From NCBI GenBank assembly GCA_000205985.2, contig GG730003.1:39-64038 (forward strand): a stretch of DNA of 64,000 nucleotides, in the 5' to 3' direction. Below, piece after piece: positions 39,386 to 49,898 of this stretch. The first letter of the stretch is position 1. Every line of letters starts with the position of its first letter. This DNA comes from an uncultured Candidatus Thioglobus sp. Lineage in GTDB: Bacteria; Pseudomonadota; Gammaproteobacteria; PS1; Pseudothioglobaceae. The position numbers were made by a program, and so were the translations under genes. The notes under the pieces are model-generated. The model was given only the letters and a program-made list of their open reading frames with translations, searched no databases and was not told where the DNA came from.

Positions 39386-40411
39386 TTATAAATATTCTTC
39401 AATTAAAATTTCTGCAATCTGAATGCTATTCAAAGCTGCTCCTTTACGAATATTATCAGAAACTACCCATAAGTTTAGACCTTTCTCATGAGATATATCC
39501 TCACGAATGCGACTCACAAAAGTATCATCGTGATTGGTCGCCTCAACAAATGGGGTGGCGTAACCACCATCTTCACGCTTATCCAGAACCGTTACACCGT
39601 TCGCTTTGGACAAAACTTCTACGGCTTCAGCTGCTGTGATTTTAGTTTTAGTTTCAATGTTAATCGCTTCAGAATGGCCGTAAATCACTGGCACACGTAC
39701 TGCGGTTGGATTAACCAAAATATTGTCATCCTCAAAAATCTTTTGAGTTTCCCAGACCATTTTCATCTCTTCTTTGGTATAACCATTGTCTTGGAATACA
39801 TCGATGTGCGGAATCACATTAAAAGCAATTTGTTTTGGATAAACCTCAACATCAACCTCGGTATTACCGCCCAATAGTTTTGTTGTTTGCTCAATGAGTT
39901 CAGAAATAGCTTCTTTTCCAGAACCAGAAACGGCCTGATAAGTGGCAACGTTAATGCGCTCAATACCGACCGCATCATAAATTGGCTTAAGTGCCACCAA
40001 CATCTGAATGGTGGAACAATTCGGATTAGCAATGATATTGCGCTTAGTGTAACCAGAAATCGCATGTGGATTCACCTCTGGTACCACCAATGGAATGCCT
40101 TCATCACGGCGAAAATGTGCGGTATTGTCAATTACCACACAACCGGCTTCAGCCGCAATTGGTGCGTATTTTTCAGAAATATTACCACCGGCCGAGAACA
40201 AGCCGATTTGTGCTTGAGAAAAATCAAACGTGTCTAAATCTTGCACTGTCCAGCTTTTTCCCTGACAGAATACTTTCTTTCCAGCTGAATTTGCACTGGC
40301 TAAAGGATATAGATTATCAATTGGGAAATTACGCTGCTCTAAAATCGAAAGAATGGTTTCGCCCACAGCGCCTGTTGCGCCAACAACAGCAACATTGTAT
40401 TTCTTGCTCAT
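39386..40411 (-). CDS. asd: Aspartate-semialdehyde dehydrogenase
   Basis: 341 aa with VGATGAVG, the active site NPNCSTI, and the short (USG-1-like length) form. Confidence 0.9.
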   Translation of the reverse strand: MSKKYNVAVVGATGAVGETILSILEQRNFPIDNLYPLASANSAGKKVFCQGKSWTVQDLDTFDFSQAQIGLFSAGGNISEKYAPIAAEAGCVVIDNTAHFRRDEGIPLVVPEVNPHAISGYTKRNIIANPNCSTIQMLVALKPIYDAVGIERINVATYQAVSGSGKEAISELIEQTTKLLGGNTEVDVEVYPKQIAFNVIPHIDVFQDNGYTKEEMKMVWETQKIFEDDNILVNPTAVRVPVIYGHSEAINIETKTKITAAEAVEVLSKANGVTVLDKREDGGYATPFVEATNHDDTFVSRIREDISHEKGLNLWVVSDNIRKGAALNSIQIAEILIEEYL

Positions 40412-40446
40412 AACTGTAAAAATTGGAAATTATAAAATCACGTCCA

Positions 40447-41187
40447 TTATACTTGATTGTCAATGTCGATAAATTGATGCTTAAGATCGAATTTCTGGCT
40501 CAAATGCTGGCACAATGCTTGCACACCATAACGTTCGGTTGCATGATGCCCCGCTGAAATAAAGGCAATGTTGTTCTCTTTAGCAATGGCTGGAATTTGC
40601 TCTGACACTTCACCGGTAATAAAACAATCAGCACCTACTTCAATCGCATGCTCAATATAACTCTGAGCGCCACCACTGCACCAAGCGATCTTTTTAATCA
40701 CTTTCTCGCCATCGCCAAACACTAAAGGTGTACGTTCCGTTATGTTCTTTATCGCCTGCTCAACACCTGAAAGTTTTGAATTAACCTCGCCCTGCCATAC
40801 TAGAGTATCGCCAATCGGCATTGGATTAGCAATGTTAAGTCGCATGGCTAATTGAATGTTATTGCCAACAATAGAATGTGCATCAAGCGGTAAATGGTAA
40901 GCAAATAAATTAACATCATTGTCCAATAGTGCTTTAATACGATTTTTCTTAAAACCGGTGATACTCGTACGCTCATTTTTCCAGAAGAAGCCATGGTGTA
41001 CAAACAGTGCGTCAGCTTTTTCATCAATCGCACGCTCAATCAAATCCAAATTGGCACTCACACCAGAAATTATCTTTGAAATTTCTTTACGTCCTTCAAT
41101 TTGCAACCCGTTGGGGCAATAATCATCAAACTTATCTTTGCTGAGATAATCGTCGCAATATTCGGCTAAAGCCTTATTGTCAATCAT
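40447..41187 (-). CDS. Nif3-like dinuclear metal-centre protein (YbgI/GTP cyclohydrolase I type 2 homologue)
   Basis: 246 aa with D.CPNGLQ.EG, F.HHG..W, YHLPLD and GHHATE motifs. Confidence 0.85.
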   Translation of the reverse strand: MIDNKALAEYCDDYLSKDKFDDYCPNGLQIEGRKEISKIISGVSANLDLIERAIDEKADALFVHHGFFWKNERTSITGFKKNRIKALLDNDVNLFAYHLPLDAHSIVGNNIQLAMRLNIANPMPIGDTLVWQGEVNSKLSGVEQAIKNITERTPLVFGDGEKVIKKIAWCSGGAQSYIEHAIEVGADCFITGEVSEQIPAIAKENNIAFISAGHHATERYGVQALCQHLSQKFDLKHQFIDIDNQV

Positions 41188-42241
41188 AATATTCTTTCAC
41201 AATATTAATAAATAAATTATTTTCTTCAGCAGTACCTACGGTAACACGCAAACAGTCAGTTAGCCTCGGAGCTGATGATAAGTTTTTAATCAGCACTTCC
41301 TTAGTCTTCAATGCTTCAAACAAATCATTTGCACCGGGTGCTTTAAACAAAATAAAGTTTGCCTGAGAAGGATAAACCGTGAGCTGTTTAATGCCCTCTA
41401 GTGCTAGCGATAAATTAGAACGCTCGGTAATAATGGTTTGAGCATTTTTATCAATTTCATCTTTTTGTTGCAAAAGAAACTCAGCACTCACTTGGGTCAA
41501 GGTATTAATGTTATACGGTAAGCGTAATTTATCCAACTCTACTACGGTATCTTGTGCGCCGATTAACAAGCCCAAACGCAAACCGGCAAAACCAATTTTA
41601 GACACGGTCCTTAAGAGTACCAGATTTGGATATTGAGCGATGTCGTTTAAAAAACTATCGCCAGCATAGGCATAGTAAGCCTCATCCAACACCACTAAAG
41701 CATCACTCGCAGTGATGATACTAATAATGGAATCTCGATCAAAAGTGTTACCTGTTGGGTTGTTAGGATAAGCAATAAAAATTAATTTTGGCTTATATTT
41801 CTTAACGGCTGACAGTATTGCTGACAAATCAATTTCAAAATTTTCATCAAGCTCGACTCCTTGATAATTAAGTCGTGTGAATTTTGCAATCATGGCGTAC
41901 ATCACAAAACTTGGCTCAATGCTCAAGATCGTATCGTTCGCATCACACGCTAAAGCCAGCATCTGAATCAACTCATCTGAACCATTGCCCAAAAGAACGC
42001 CAAATTCAGCAGGAATGCCCATTAATTCTCGCAAGGTTTGTTGCAAACTACTCGCACTTGGATTAGGGTAACGATTCAGTTGTACATCGGCCAAATAAGC
42101 CAAATATTGACCTGTCAACTCATCGGATAGAGGAAATGGGCTTTCCATCGCATCAAGCTTTACCATGTTTTTTGATTTTGGCACATGATAAACATTAATT
42201 GCTTGAATATCAGATCGTAACCAATTGTTAATAAAACTCAT
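41180..42241 (-). CDS. hisC: Histidinol-phosphate aminotransferase
   Basis: 353 aa class-II aminotransferase with NPTGN, LDEAY and the PLP lysine motif RT.SK..GLAGLRLG. Confidence 0.9.
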   Translation of the reverse strand: MSFINNWLRSDIQAINVYHVPKSKNMVKLDAMESPFPLSDELTGQYLAYLADVQLNRYPNPSASSLQQTLRELMGIPAEFGVLLGNGSDELIQMLALACDANDTILSIEPSFVMYAMIAKFTRLNYQGVELDENFEIDLSAILSAVKKYKPKLIFIAYPNNPTGNTFDRDSIISIITASDALVVLDEAYYAYAGDSFLNDIAQYPNLVLLRTVSKIGFAGLRLGLLIGAQDTVVELDKLRLPYNINTLTQVSAEFLLQQKDEIDKNAQTIITERSNLSLALEGIKQLTVYPSQANFILFKAPGANDLFEALKTKEVLIKNLSSAPRLTDCLRVTVGTAEENNLFINIVKEYYD

Positions 42242-42253
42242 GTCAAATTGTAT

Positions 42254-43012
42254 TTACGGCTTTTGCCTATTAGGATGATGTTGCATTTTACCTATACTCT
42301 TTGCGTTTAACAGGGTTTGGTACGTATAGTCCAATGCACGTTTACAAGCGATTCTGGTTTCAACACCTAGCGCCAATAAACCAGCAATGCTACTGGCAAG
42401 TGTACAACCAGAACCATGATAATCGCCAGGAAGCTTAGTATAGGTGTAGCGCTCAAGTAACTCAGCATGATGATACAATCGATGCTCTATTTCATCATTA
42501 GATGAATCTGTAGTGGTTAAAAGCACCCACTCACAAGGCAGTGACTCAACGGCCTGTTGCTCGTTTTTATTGGGTGATAAAGCTTGTAACTCATCCACAT
42601 TAGGAGTTATCACATCCACCAAAGGTAATAGTTTAGTCTTTAAGACTTCAAGCGTTTGAGAGTCTAATAGCTTGTCTTTTGCAGTTGATTTGACAATGGG
42701 ATCAAGCACAATCGTCACATCATCACATTCGCTCAATAAATTTGTTAAAACCTCTATTTGCTTTTTAGAAGACAACAAACCAATCTTGGCCACTGAAAAT
42801 GTCACATCAGTTTTTAGATGGTTAAATTGTTCAGCAATAAGCTTACTGTCTACTTCTTGTGTACTTTTAACCGACTGTGTGTTTTGAACAGTGAGCGTAG
42901 TGATGATCGGTAATGGTGTTACCCCAAATTGATTGATGGTTTCAATATCAGCAGCAATGCCTGCTCCACCGCAAGGATCAAGCCCCGATAAAACTAAAAC
43001 ACTGTCCGACAC
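42254..43012 (-). CDS. thiD: Hydroxymethylpyrimidine/phosphomethylpyrimidine kinase
   Basis: SGLDPCGGAGI.AD N-terminus, PfkB-type anion hole, and GSGCTLAS motif. Confidence 0.85.
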   Translation of the reverse strand: MSDSVLVLSGLDPCGGAGIAADIETINQFGVTPLPIITTLTVQNTQSVKSTQEVDSKLIAEQFNHLKTDVTFSVAKIGLLSSKKQIEVLTNLLSECDDVTIVLDPIVKSTAKDKLLDSQTLEVLKTKLLPLVDVITPNVDELQALSPNKNEQQAVESLPCEWVLLTTTDSSNDEIEHRLYHHAELLERYTYTKLPGDYHGSGCTLASSIAGLLALGVETRIACKRALDYTYQTLLNAKSIGKMQHHPNRQKP

Positions 43013-43018
43013 GTTGAA

Positions 43019-43639
43019 TTATTGAGCTTCTTTTTGAATGAGATAATCAAGCACTTGAAATAATCGTTCTTCGCCACCGGCGCGTTTAGAGTCTACCCAG
43101 TATTTACCATTCACCACAAAAGTAGGTACGCCAGTAACTTTGTATTTAATCGTGTTACTTTTTGATTTATTGAGTTTAATACGCACTGAAAACGACTTAA
43201 ATGCATTATTAGCACGTTTTCTATCAACATCATGATCGGCCATCCAATCAACAAAATCTTCTTGATCGATCAATGGAGTCTTGTGCAAATGAATGGCATC
43301 AAATAACTTACCATGAAGCCTATTGACCTCGTTCAATTGCTCTAATACGTAATAAAAAATAGCGCCATTTTCCCAACGCTCTGAAAAAACAGCGGGCTGA
43401 CGAATAAACTTAGCCGAACTAGGCAATGTTTTTAACCACCTATCCACCATAGGTTCAAGATTAAAACAATGTGGACAGTGGTACCAAAATAATTCTCGCA
43501 CTTCAACTTTATCTTCCGTAACAGTTTTAACCGGTTTGTCTAAAACCACATAATCTTCGCCAGCTACAAAACCAGCAAAGGCAAAATTAATGTGTGCGGA
43601 TAAAAAACAAACGGCTAAAAAGGAGATTAGTTTTTTCAT
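43019..43639 (-). CDS. dsbA: Thiol:disulfide interchange protein DsbA
   Basis: Signal peptide, CPHC active site, and GVPTFVVNGKY. Confidence 0.9.
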   Translation of the reverse strand: MKKLISFLAVCFLSAHINFAFAGFVAGEDYVVLDKPVKTVTEDKVEVRELFWYHCPHCFNLEPMVDRWLKTLPSSAKFIRQPAVFSERWENGAIFYYVLEQLNEVNRLHGKLFDAIHLHKTPLIDQEDFVDWMADHDVDRKRANNAFKSFSVRIKLNKSKSNTIKYKVTGVPTFVVNGKYWVDSKRAGGEERLFQVLDYLIQKEAQ

Positions 43640-43649
43640 TGATTGTGCA

Positions 43650-44147
43650 TCATAATTTAAGAACTTGATTCACATTATACTGAGTTAATTCGTACTCTTT
43701 ATTCATTTGAAATCTTTGCCACAGCGCCTGATAAGATTGACCTTCAATCGGATGAATCAGTTCAGAATTCAACTCTGCTAAGGGTGCCAGAACAAAAGCG
43801 TATTTTAAAATATCATCCCTAGGTAAATTTGCACTTTCATCTACCATATCGTCATAAAGCACTAAATCAAGATCAATTTCTCTGGAAGAAAACTTAGGCT
43901 GAGTACGGTCTCTGCCTTGTTTTTGTTCAATATCTCGCAAAACCTTTAAGGTTTCTTTAATGGGCAGGTGTGTGTGTGCATTCACGCCCACGTTATAAAA
44001 ATCATCCCCCTCAAAACCTTCGGCAGGACTTTCAAAAACCGATGAAATCTTTAAATCGGTAAACGCTAACTCTAAAGCTTGAATCGCTGCCGACATATTT
44101 TTCCTACGGTTTTGATTAGAACCGATGTTAATGTGAACATTAGCCAT
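43650..44147 (-). CDS. folK: 2-amino-4-hydroxy-6-hydroxymethyldihydropteridine diphosphokinase
   Basis: I.IGSN and R.IDLD..LY motifs. Start placed at the MANVHINIGSN ATG (44147); the alternative is 44186. Confidence 0.85.
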   Translation of the reverse strand: MANVHINIGSNQNRRKNMSAAIQALELAFTDLKISSVFESPAEGFEGDDFYNVGVNAHTHLPIKETLKVLRDIEQKQGRDRTQPKFSSREIDLDLVLYDDMVDESANLPRDDILKYAFVLAPLAELNSELIHPIEGQSYQALWQRFQMNKEYELTQYNVNQVLKL

Positions 44148-44496
44148 TGTTCGATCTTTCGATGATAACACCAACTCCTTGCGCACCGGTTACTGCCTCA
44201 CCTTTATTGAGCGTAAGTTTGACTTTTTCCACGCCAAATTCATTAAGAATAATTTCAGTAATTCTCTCAGCCAAAGTTTCCACCAATTGAAATTCACTGG
44301 TGCTAACAAATTCAATCAAGCGTTTGGACACAGACTTGTAATCCAGCGTTTGATCAATGTGATCAGTTTCGCTAGCGGCCTTAATGTCAGCAGACATTTC
44401 TATGTCTAATACAATGTCTTGGCGAATCTCCCGCTCCCAATCGTAAATACCGATCACGGTGTCAATTTTTAAACCTTGTATAAATACAATATCCAT
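44140..44496 (-). CDS. folB: Dihydroneopterin aldolase
   Basis: MDIVFIQGLKIDTVIGIYDWER is the FolB N-terminus. Start moved to the ATG at 44496. Confidence 0.88.
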   Translation of the reverse strand: MDIVFIQGLKIDTVIGIYDWEREIRQDIVLDIEMSADIKAASETDHIDQTLDYKSVSKRLIEFVSTSEFQLVETLAERITEIILNEFGVEKVKLTLNKGEAVTGAQGVGVIIERSNNG

Positions 44497-44534
44497 GCTT
44501 AAATTAAAAGTTGAAAATTCAAAGTTGAAATTAT

Positions 44535-45116
44535 ATGTTACCAACACTCATTATTTGCGCTTATCTTATTGGATCTATTTCAGCAGCAATCATTGTTTGT
44601 AAAATTCTAAACTTGCCAGATCCTAGAACACAAGGATCTAACAATCCAGGTGCTACTAACGTACTACGTATTGGTGGCAAAAAAGCAGCGGCCATTGTGC
44701 TGATTGCTGATGGTCTTAAAGGTGTCGCTCCTGTGCTCGTTGCAAATTATCTTGGGTTTAGCTTATTAGATGTATCTCTCGTTGCTTTAGCGGCATTTTT
44801 AGGTCATGTGTACCCTGTTTTTTTTGGCTTTAAGGGTGGCAAAGGCGTGGCAACTTTCTTAGGTGCGTTGTTTGCATTGAATTATTTAGCTGGACTCGGT
44901 TTTGCACTTACCTGGGTTTTTGTAGCAAAAGTGTTAAAAATTTCATCACTATCAGCGTTAATTGCCACACTGCTTGCGCCACTTTATTTTTATTTAATCA
45001 CGAACGAACTTGAAGCAACCTATGTGATTGGTATTATTTGCCTTTGGATTTTCTACACTCACAGAAGCAACATTCAAAGAATGCTCTCGGGCGAAGAAGG
45101 CAAAATCAAGTCTTAA
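44535..45116 (+). CDS. plsY: Glycerol-3-phosphate acyltransferase PlsY
   Basis: GS.N.GATNV.R, FKGGKGVAT and HR.NI.R motifs, with five TM segments. Confidence 0.92.
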   Translation: MLPTLIICAYLIGSISAAIIVCKILNLPDPRTQGSNNPGATNVLRIGGKKAAAIVLIADGLKGVAPVLVANYLGFSLLDVSLVALAAFLGHVYPVFFGFKGGKGVATFLGALFALNYLAGLGFALTWVFVAKVLKISSLSALIATLLAPLYFYLITNELEATYVIGIICLWIFYTHRSNIQRMLSGEEGKIKS

Positions 45117-45863
45117 TATTAACGCCTTTTTTTAGTAAATAGACAGACACCATCGCTAGCACAATAATAATAATCAGAAGTATCGACATTGAAGTCCAGA
45201 AATCAGAAGTGCCCACACCTAAAAATCCTAATCTAAAGCTATCCACCATGTAATAAATGGGATTGAATTTGCTTGCGTCCTGCCAAAACTGTGGCAATAT
45301 TTCAATACTGTAGAACATGCCGCCTAAATAGGTCATTGGCATTAAGATAAAAGTTGGAACAATCGTAATATCATCAAACGACTGCGCAAATACCGCATTA
45401 ATAAATCCAGCCAGAAGAAAATAAACAGCGTTAGTAAGAAAGTAACGATGGTAATGAGTAAATTATCAATTTCAAAATCCACAAAAAATGACACGGCGAT
45501 AAACACACCCAAGCCCACCACGAATCCGCGTGCTACGCCACCTGAAATATAACCCAACAGGATTACCCAATAAGGCACAGGGGAAACCAGTAATTCTTCA
45601 ATACTGTGATTAAATTTTGCCAAGAAAAACGAAGAGACTGTGTTGGCGTACGAGTTCTGAATCACGGTCATGAGGATAATCCCAGGGATAATATAGTGCA
45701 TGTAATCAATCCCTTGCATGTCGCCAATACGCTGTCCCATCAAGCCACCAAAAATCAATAAATAAAGTGAAGTGGTAATAATTGGCGGGAAAATGGTTTG
45801 CACCCAAATTCGAGAGAACCTTAGAATCTCTTTTATAACAATGGTTTTATAAGCAATCCACAT
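45106..45863 (-). CDS. ABC-2 type transporter permease, frameshifted (two ORFs, 45342-45863 and 45106-45342)
   Basis: The N-terminal 173-aa ORF loses family similarity near ..TIVTFLLT. The family continuation NAVYFLLAGFINAVFAQSFDDITIVPTFILMPMTYLGGMFYS is in another frame. The break lies around 45415-45450 and is not at a homopolymer. Confidence 0.8.
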
Positions 45864-46780
45864 TATGATTTCTTTTTAGTTAGGCATAAAAATAAAGTTT
45901 CCAGTCGATTTTGTGCACTACGAACGTGTTCAATACTAACACCTTGCTTAGCTAATGTTTGTAGCACATCGGTAATGTTTGATTTTGATTCAATTACTAC
46001 TTGTAACGAATAATTATCGAGCCTTTCATAACTAAAATTATTAGACACAATGTCTTTTGGTAATGGCTCTAAACTTTCTAAAATCAACACTTGTTGGTCA
46101 ACTTTAGATAATAATTTTTTCATGCTGGTTTGCTCAATCACCAAGCCGTCATCTAAAATGGCAATGTTACGACACAACAATTCAGCCTCCTCAAGGTAAT
46201 GAGTGGTGAGGATAATGGTCATACCCTGCGCGTTAAGTTCTTTAAGATACGACCACATAGAGCGACGTATTTCTACATCAACGCCAGCAGTCGGTTCATC
46301 CAATATCAGTATCTTGGGTTGATGAATAAGCGCCCTTGCTAACATCAGCCGACGCTTCATGCCCCCCGATAATGACTTAGCCATATCGAAACGCTTACCC
46401 CACAGTTGCATTTTTATTAACAATACTTTAGCTTGATCCCTTGCATCAGAACGTGTAATTCCGTGATAACCAGCTTGATTGATTAAAATCTCTTCAATCG
46501 GCTCAAAAGGGTTGAAATTGAATTCTTGTGGCATAAGACCTATCAACCTCTTTATTTCATTAGCATGTGTGTCTTGATTAAGCCCAAGCACTTCAACATC
46601 GCCCGAAGTTTTATTAAGCAACCCACAAATAATACCAATAGCCGTAGTCTTGCCAGCGCCATTACTGCCCAACAAAGCAAAAAAATCACCCTGCTCAACA
46701 TAAAGGTCAATACCTTTTAAGGCTTCTAATTGATTGGCGTAAGTTTTTTTCAAACTCTGAATTGACAGCGCAACTGGCAT
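45863..46780 (-). CDS. ABC transporter ATP-binding protein (partner of the ABC-2 permease)
   Basis: Walker A GSNGAGKTT, signature LSGGMKRR, and Walker B ILILDEP. Start moved to the ATG at 46780 (MPVALSIQSL). Confidence 0.9.
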   Translation of the reverse strand: MPVALSIQSLKKTYANQLEALKGIDLYVEQGDFFALLGSNGAGKTTAIGIICGLLNKTSGDVEVLGLNQDTHANEIKRLIGLMPQEFNFNPFEPIEEILINQAGYHGITRSDARDQAKVLLIKMQLWGKRFDMAKSLSGGMKRRLMLARALIHQPKILILDEPTAGVDVEIRRSMWSYLKELNAQGMTIILTTHYLEEAELLCRNIAILDDGLVIEQTSMKKLLSKVDQQVLILESLEPLPKDIVSNNFSYERLDNYSLQVVIESKSNITDVLQTLAKQGVSIEHVRSAQNRLETLFLCLTKKKS

Positions 46781-46936
46781 ATAAATTACATCCTCAAAAA
46801 ATATAGTGGTACGCAAGCTTAAACTTGCAACTTGTATTATAAGAGCCATTAAGGTGAATATTTTTAAACATTCATCACCTTTTATTAACTAATTTTGCGA
46901 TAATTATCAACTTTACATTGTAATGAAATCCGCGTT

Positions 46937-48480
46937 ATGTCTAGCATTAAAAACATAGAACTACCTGATATTGGTGATTTTGATGAAGTTGAAGTTATTG
47001 AGATTTTAGTGAGTGTTGGCGACAAGATAGAAGTTGATGACAGCATAATCACACTAGAAAGTGACAAAGCTTCGATGGAAATCCCTACCCCATCTGCTGG
47101 CATTGTGAGCAGTATTAATGTCAATATTGGTGACAAAATTAAACAAGGCGATGTGGTTTTGGGCATAGAATCTGATCAAGCCGGTGATGAAAAAAAACTG
47201 AAAAAACTGAAAAAACTGAAAATAAATCCAGTGAATCTGAATCAAAAATAGTGCCTGTTGTTGTTCCGGATATTGGCGATTTTGATGCCGTCGAAGTGAT
47301 TGAAATTTTAGTCAACGTAGGCGATGAACTGAACGAAGAAGATAGCATAATCACATTAGAAAGTGACAAAGCTTCGATGGAGATTCCAACACCCGTTGCT
47401 GGCAAAGTCAGCAGTTTAAAAGTAAGCTTGGGTGACAAGTTGAATTTGGGCGACCTGATCCTTGAACTGGAAAGTGCTGGCGGTGAAAATGCCACTTCTG
47501 AATCAGTAGAACCTGCAGAGAGAACACCGGCCAAACAAGCCTCTGTTGCCACACCAGCTGCATCACCCAGTACAAATGAATCAACGTCTAAAACACCGAA
47601 AGGGGATTCTCATGCGTCGCCTTCGATTCGTAAACTGGCAAGAGAGTTAGGGGTTGATTTATCAAAAGTGTCCGGCACGGGACAAAAAAATCGCGTCTTA
47701 GATGGAGACATCAAGGGCTACGTTAAGCAAATTATAACTTCAGGTGGTTCGGGTAGTGCCATTCCTAAAGTTCCGGTTATCGATTTTTCTAAGTTTGGTG
47801 AGACTGAAATTCAGCCATTATCCAGAATCAATAAACTCTCAGGCAAACACTTAACGGCTTGTTGGTTGAATATCCCACACGTAACTCAATTTGACGAAGT
47901 CAACATTGATCAAATGGAAGCCTTTAGACAAGAACAAAAAGCCAAAGGGGTAAAACTAACACCGCTGGTGTTTATTATGAAAGCCGTGATTCAAGCACTG
48001 AAACAGCACCCACGCTTTAATTCTTCATTAGATGAATCGGGTGAGAACTTAATCATTAAAAAATATTTCAACCTTGGCATTGCTATGGATACACCAAATG
48101 GCTTGGTTGTACCAGTGATTCGTGATGTTGATCAAAAATCATTAACTGACCTTGCAACAGAACTGGCCGAAACATCAGCCAATGCGCGTGAAGGCAAGCT
48201 TAAACCAGGCGATATGCAAGGTGCTGGATTTACCATTTCAAGCTTAGGTGGTATTGGTGGTACTCAATTTACCCCAATTGTTAATGCACCAGAAGTAGCT
48301 ATTCTAGGCGTGTCTCGTTCACAGACCAAGCCAGTCTGGGATGGTAAAAATTTCGTACCAACACTGGTGCTACCACTAGCACTGTCTTACGATCATCGAG
48401 TAATTGATGGCGCACAAGGCGGACGATTTATGGCCAATCTTAATTCAATTCTACAAGACATTAGAGAGATATTATTATGA
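46937..48480 (+). CDS. aceF: Pyruvate dehydrogenase E2 (dihydrolipoyllysine-residue acetyltransferase), two lipoyl domains, frameshifted in the inter-domain linker
   Basis: Lipoyl domain 1 (46937-47185) and lipoyl domain 2 plus E3-binding and catalytic domains (47251-48480, DHRVIDG) are in different frames. The frames are reconciled by one extra A in the A8 run at 47190-47197. Followed by lpdA. Confidence 0.9.
47192..47218 (+). repeat. Tandem 9-mer (AAAAAACTG x3) in the aceF linker
   Basis: Three perfect copies directly after the A-run. In the corrected frame they encode (KTE)n linker residues. Confidence 0.9.
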
Positions 48481-49883
48481 TTAAAACCCAAGTAGTGGTC
48501 ATCGGCTCTGGCCCTGGTGGCTATACAGCTGCCTTTCGTGCGGCTGATCTGGGCAAAAAAGTCGTATTAATTGAACGTTATGACGATCTTGGTGGTGTTT
48601 GTCTTAACGTCGGCTGTATTCCTTCCAAGGCACTCTTACACACAGCAGAAATTATCAATGAAGCCTCTGATGCGCAACATCTTGGTGTAACTTTTGGAGA
48701 GCCTAATATCGATGTGGATGGAGTAAGGTCCAATAAAGAGAACATTGTGACTAAACTAACCGGTGGCATTAAAGCGCTGGCAAAAGCCAGAAAAGTACAA
48801 GTAATCACTGGCTATGGTAAGTTTGTCTCAGCCAACCAAATCGCAATTAGCGACTCAGATGAAGTAATTGAATTTGAGCAATGTATTATTGCAGCTGGCT
48901 CAAGAGTAACCAAAATTCCAGCCTTTCCTTTTGACGATGATCGGGTCATGGACTCTACTGATGCACTGGAATTAAAAGACGTACCAAAACGCTTACTGAT
49001 TGTTGGTGGTGGTATTATTGGTCTAGAGATGGCGACCGTTTACGATGCACTTGGCAGTGAAATTACAGTGGTTGAATTGGCCGATCAACTGATTGCCAGT
49101 GCTGATAAAGACATTGTTAACCCACTGTTTAAACGTATTAAAAAGCAATATAAGAATATTTATCTCAACACTAAAGTTGCCAAAATGGAAGCCACCGATG
49201 CTGGCATCAAGGTTGATTTTGAGGGAAAAAATGCGCCTGAAACTGACACTTTTGATAAAGTTTTGGTTTCCATTGGTCGTTCACCTAATGGTCAATTGGT
49301 TGATGCTGATAAGGTTGGTGTGGAAATAAATGAATGGGGCTTTATCCCAGTTGATAAACAAATGCGCACCAACATTAATCATATTTTTGCCATTGGTGAC
49401 ATCGTTGGCCAACCGATGTTGGCACACAAGGCAGTACACGAAGCTAAAGTAGCTGCTGAAGTTATCTGTGGACACAAATCTGGCTTTGATGCTCTCACCA
49501 TTCCATCCGTAGCCTACACCGATCCTGAAATTGCTTGGACAGGTAAAACTGAAAAAGAACTCAAAGAAGAAGGTGCTAACTATGAAAAAGGTGTATTCCC
49601 TTGGGCGGCATCAGGGCGTAGCTTAAGCATTGGTAGATCAGAAGGTGTGACCAAAGGATTGTTTGACGCAAAAACCGGTAGAATTTTAGGCATGGGAATT
49701 TGTGGAACGAACGCAGGAGAGCTTATCGCTGAAGCCACATTAGCCATTGAAATGGGTTGCGATATGGCTGATATTGCTCTTACTATTCACGCCCACCCAA
49801 CTTTAAGTGAAACCACTGCATTTGCTGCTGAAATGGCTGAAGGCACGATTACTGATTTATTACCGCCAAAAAAGAAAAGATAA
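48477..49883 (+). CDS. lpdA: Dihydrolipoyl dehydrogenase (E3)
   Basis: GSGPGGY, redox-active CLNVGCIPSK, and a C-terminal HAHPTLSE motif. Confidence 0.95.
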   Translation: MIKTQVVVIGSGPGGYTAAFRAADLGKKVVLIERYDDLGGVCLNVGCIPSKALLHTAEIINEASDAQHLGVTFGEPNIDVDGVRSNKENIVTKLTGGIKALAKARKVQVITGYGKFVSANQIAISDSDEVIEFEQCIIAAGSRVTKIPAFPFDDDRVMDSTDALELKDVPKRLLIVGGGIIGLEMATVYDALGSEITVVELADQLIASADKDIVNPLFKRIKKQYKNIYLNTKVAKMEATDAGIKVDFEGKNAPETDTFDKVLVSIGRSPNGQLVDADKVGVEINEWGFIPVDKQMRTNINHIFAIGDIVGQPMLAHKAVHEAKVAAEVICGHKSGFDALTIPSVAYTDPEIAWTGKTEKELKEEGANYEKGVFPWAASGRSLSIGRSEGVTKGLFDAKTGRILGMGICGTNAGELIAEATLAIEMGCDMADIALTIHAHPTLSETTAFAAEMAEGTITDLLPPKKKR

Positions 49884-49898
49884 GGAACCAAAATAAAA

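Noticed and set aside
39259-40413. Several plus-strand ORFs (39259-39639, 39488-39877, 39887-40237, 40066-40413)
   Set aside because: All are antisense to hisB/asd and none has recognisable features.
46885-47552. Minus-strand ORFs 46885-47166, 47054-47245 and 47139-47552
   Set aside because: They are antisense to the aceF lipoyl domains, and the internal repeat of the lipoyl domains produces similar shadow ORFs.
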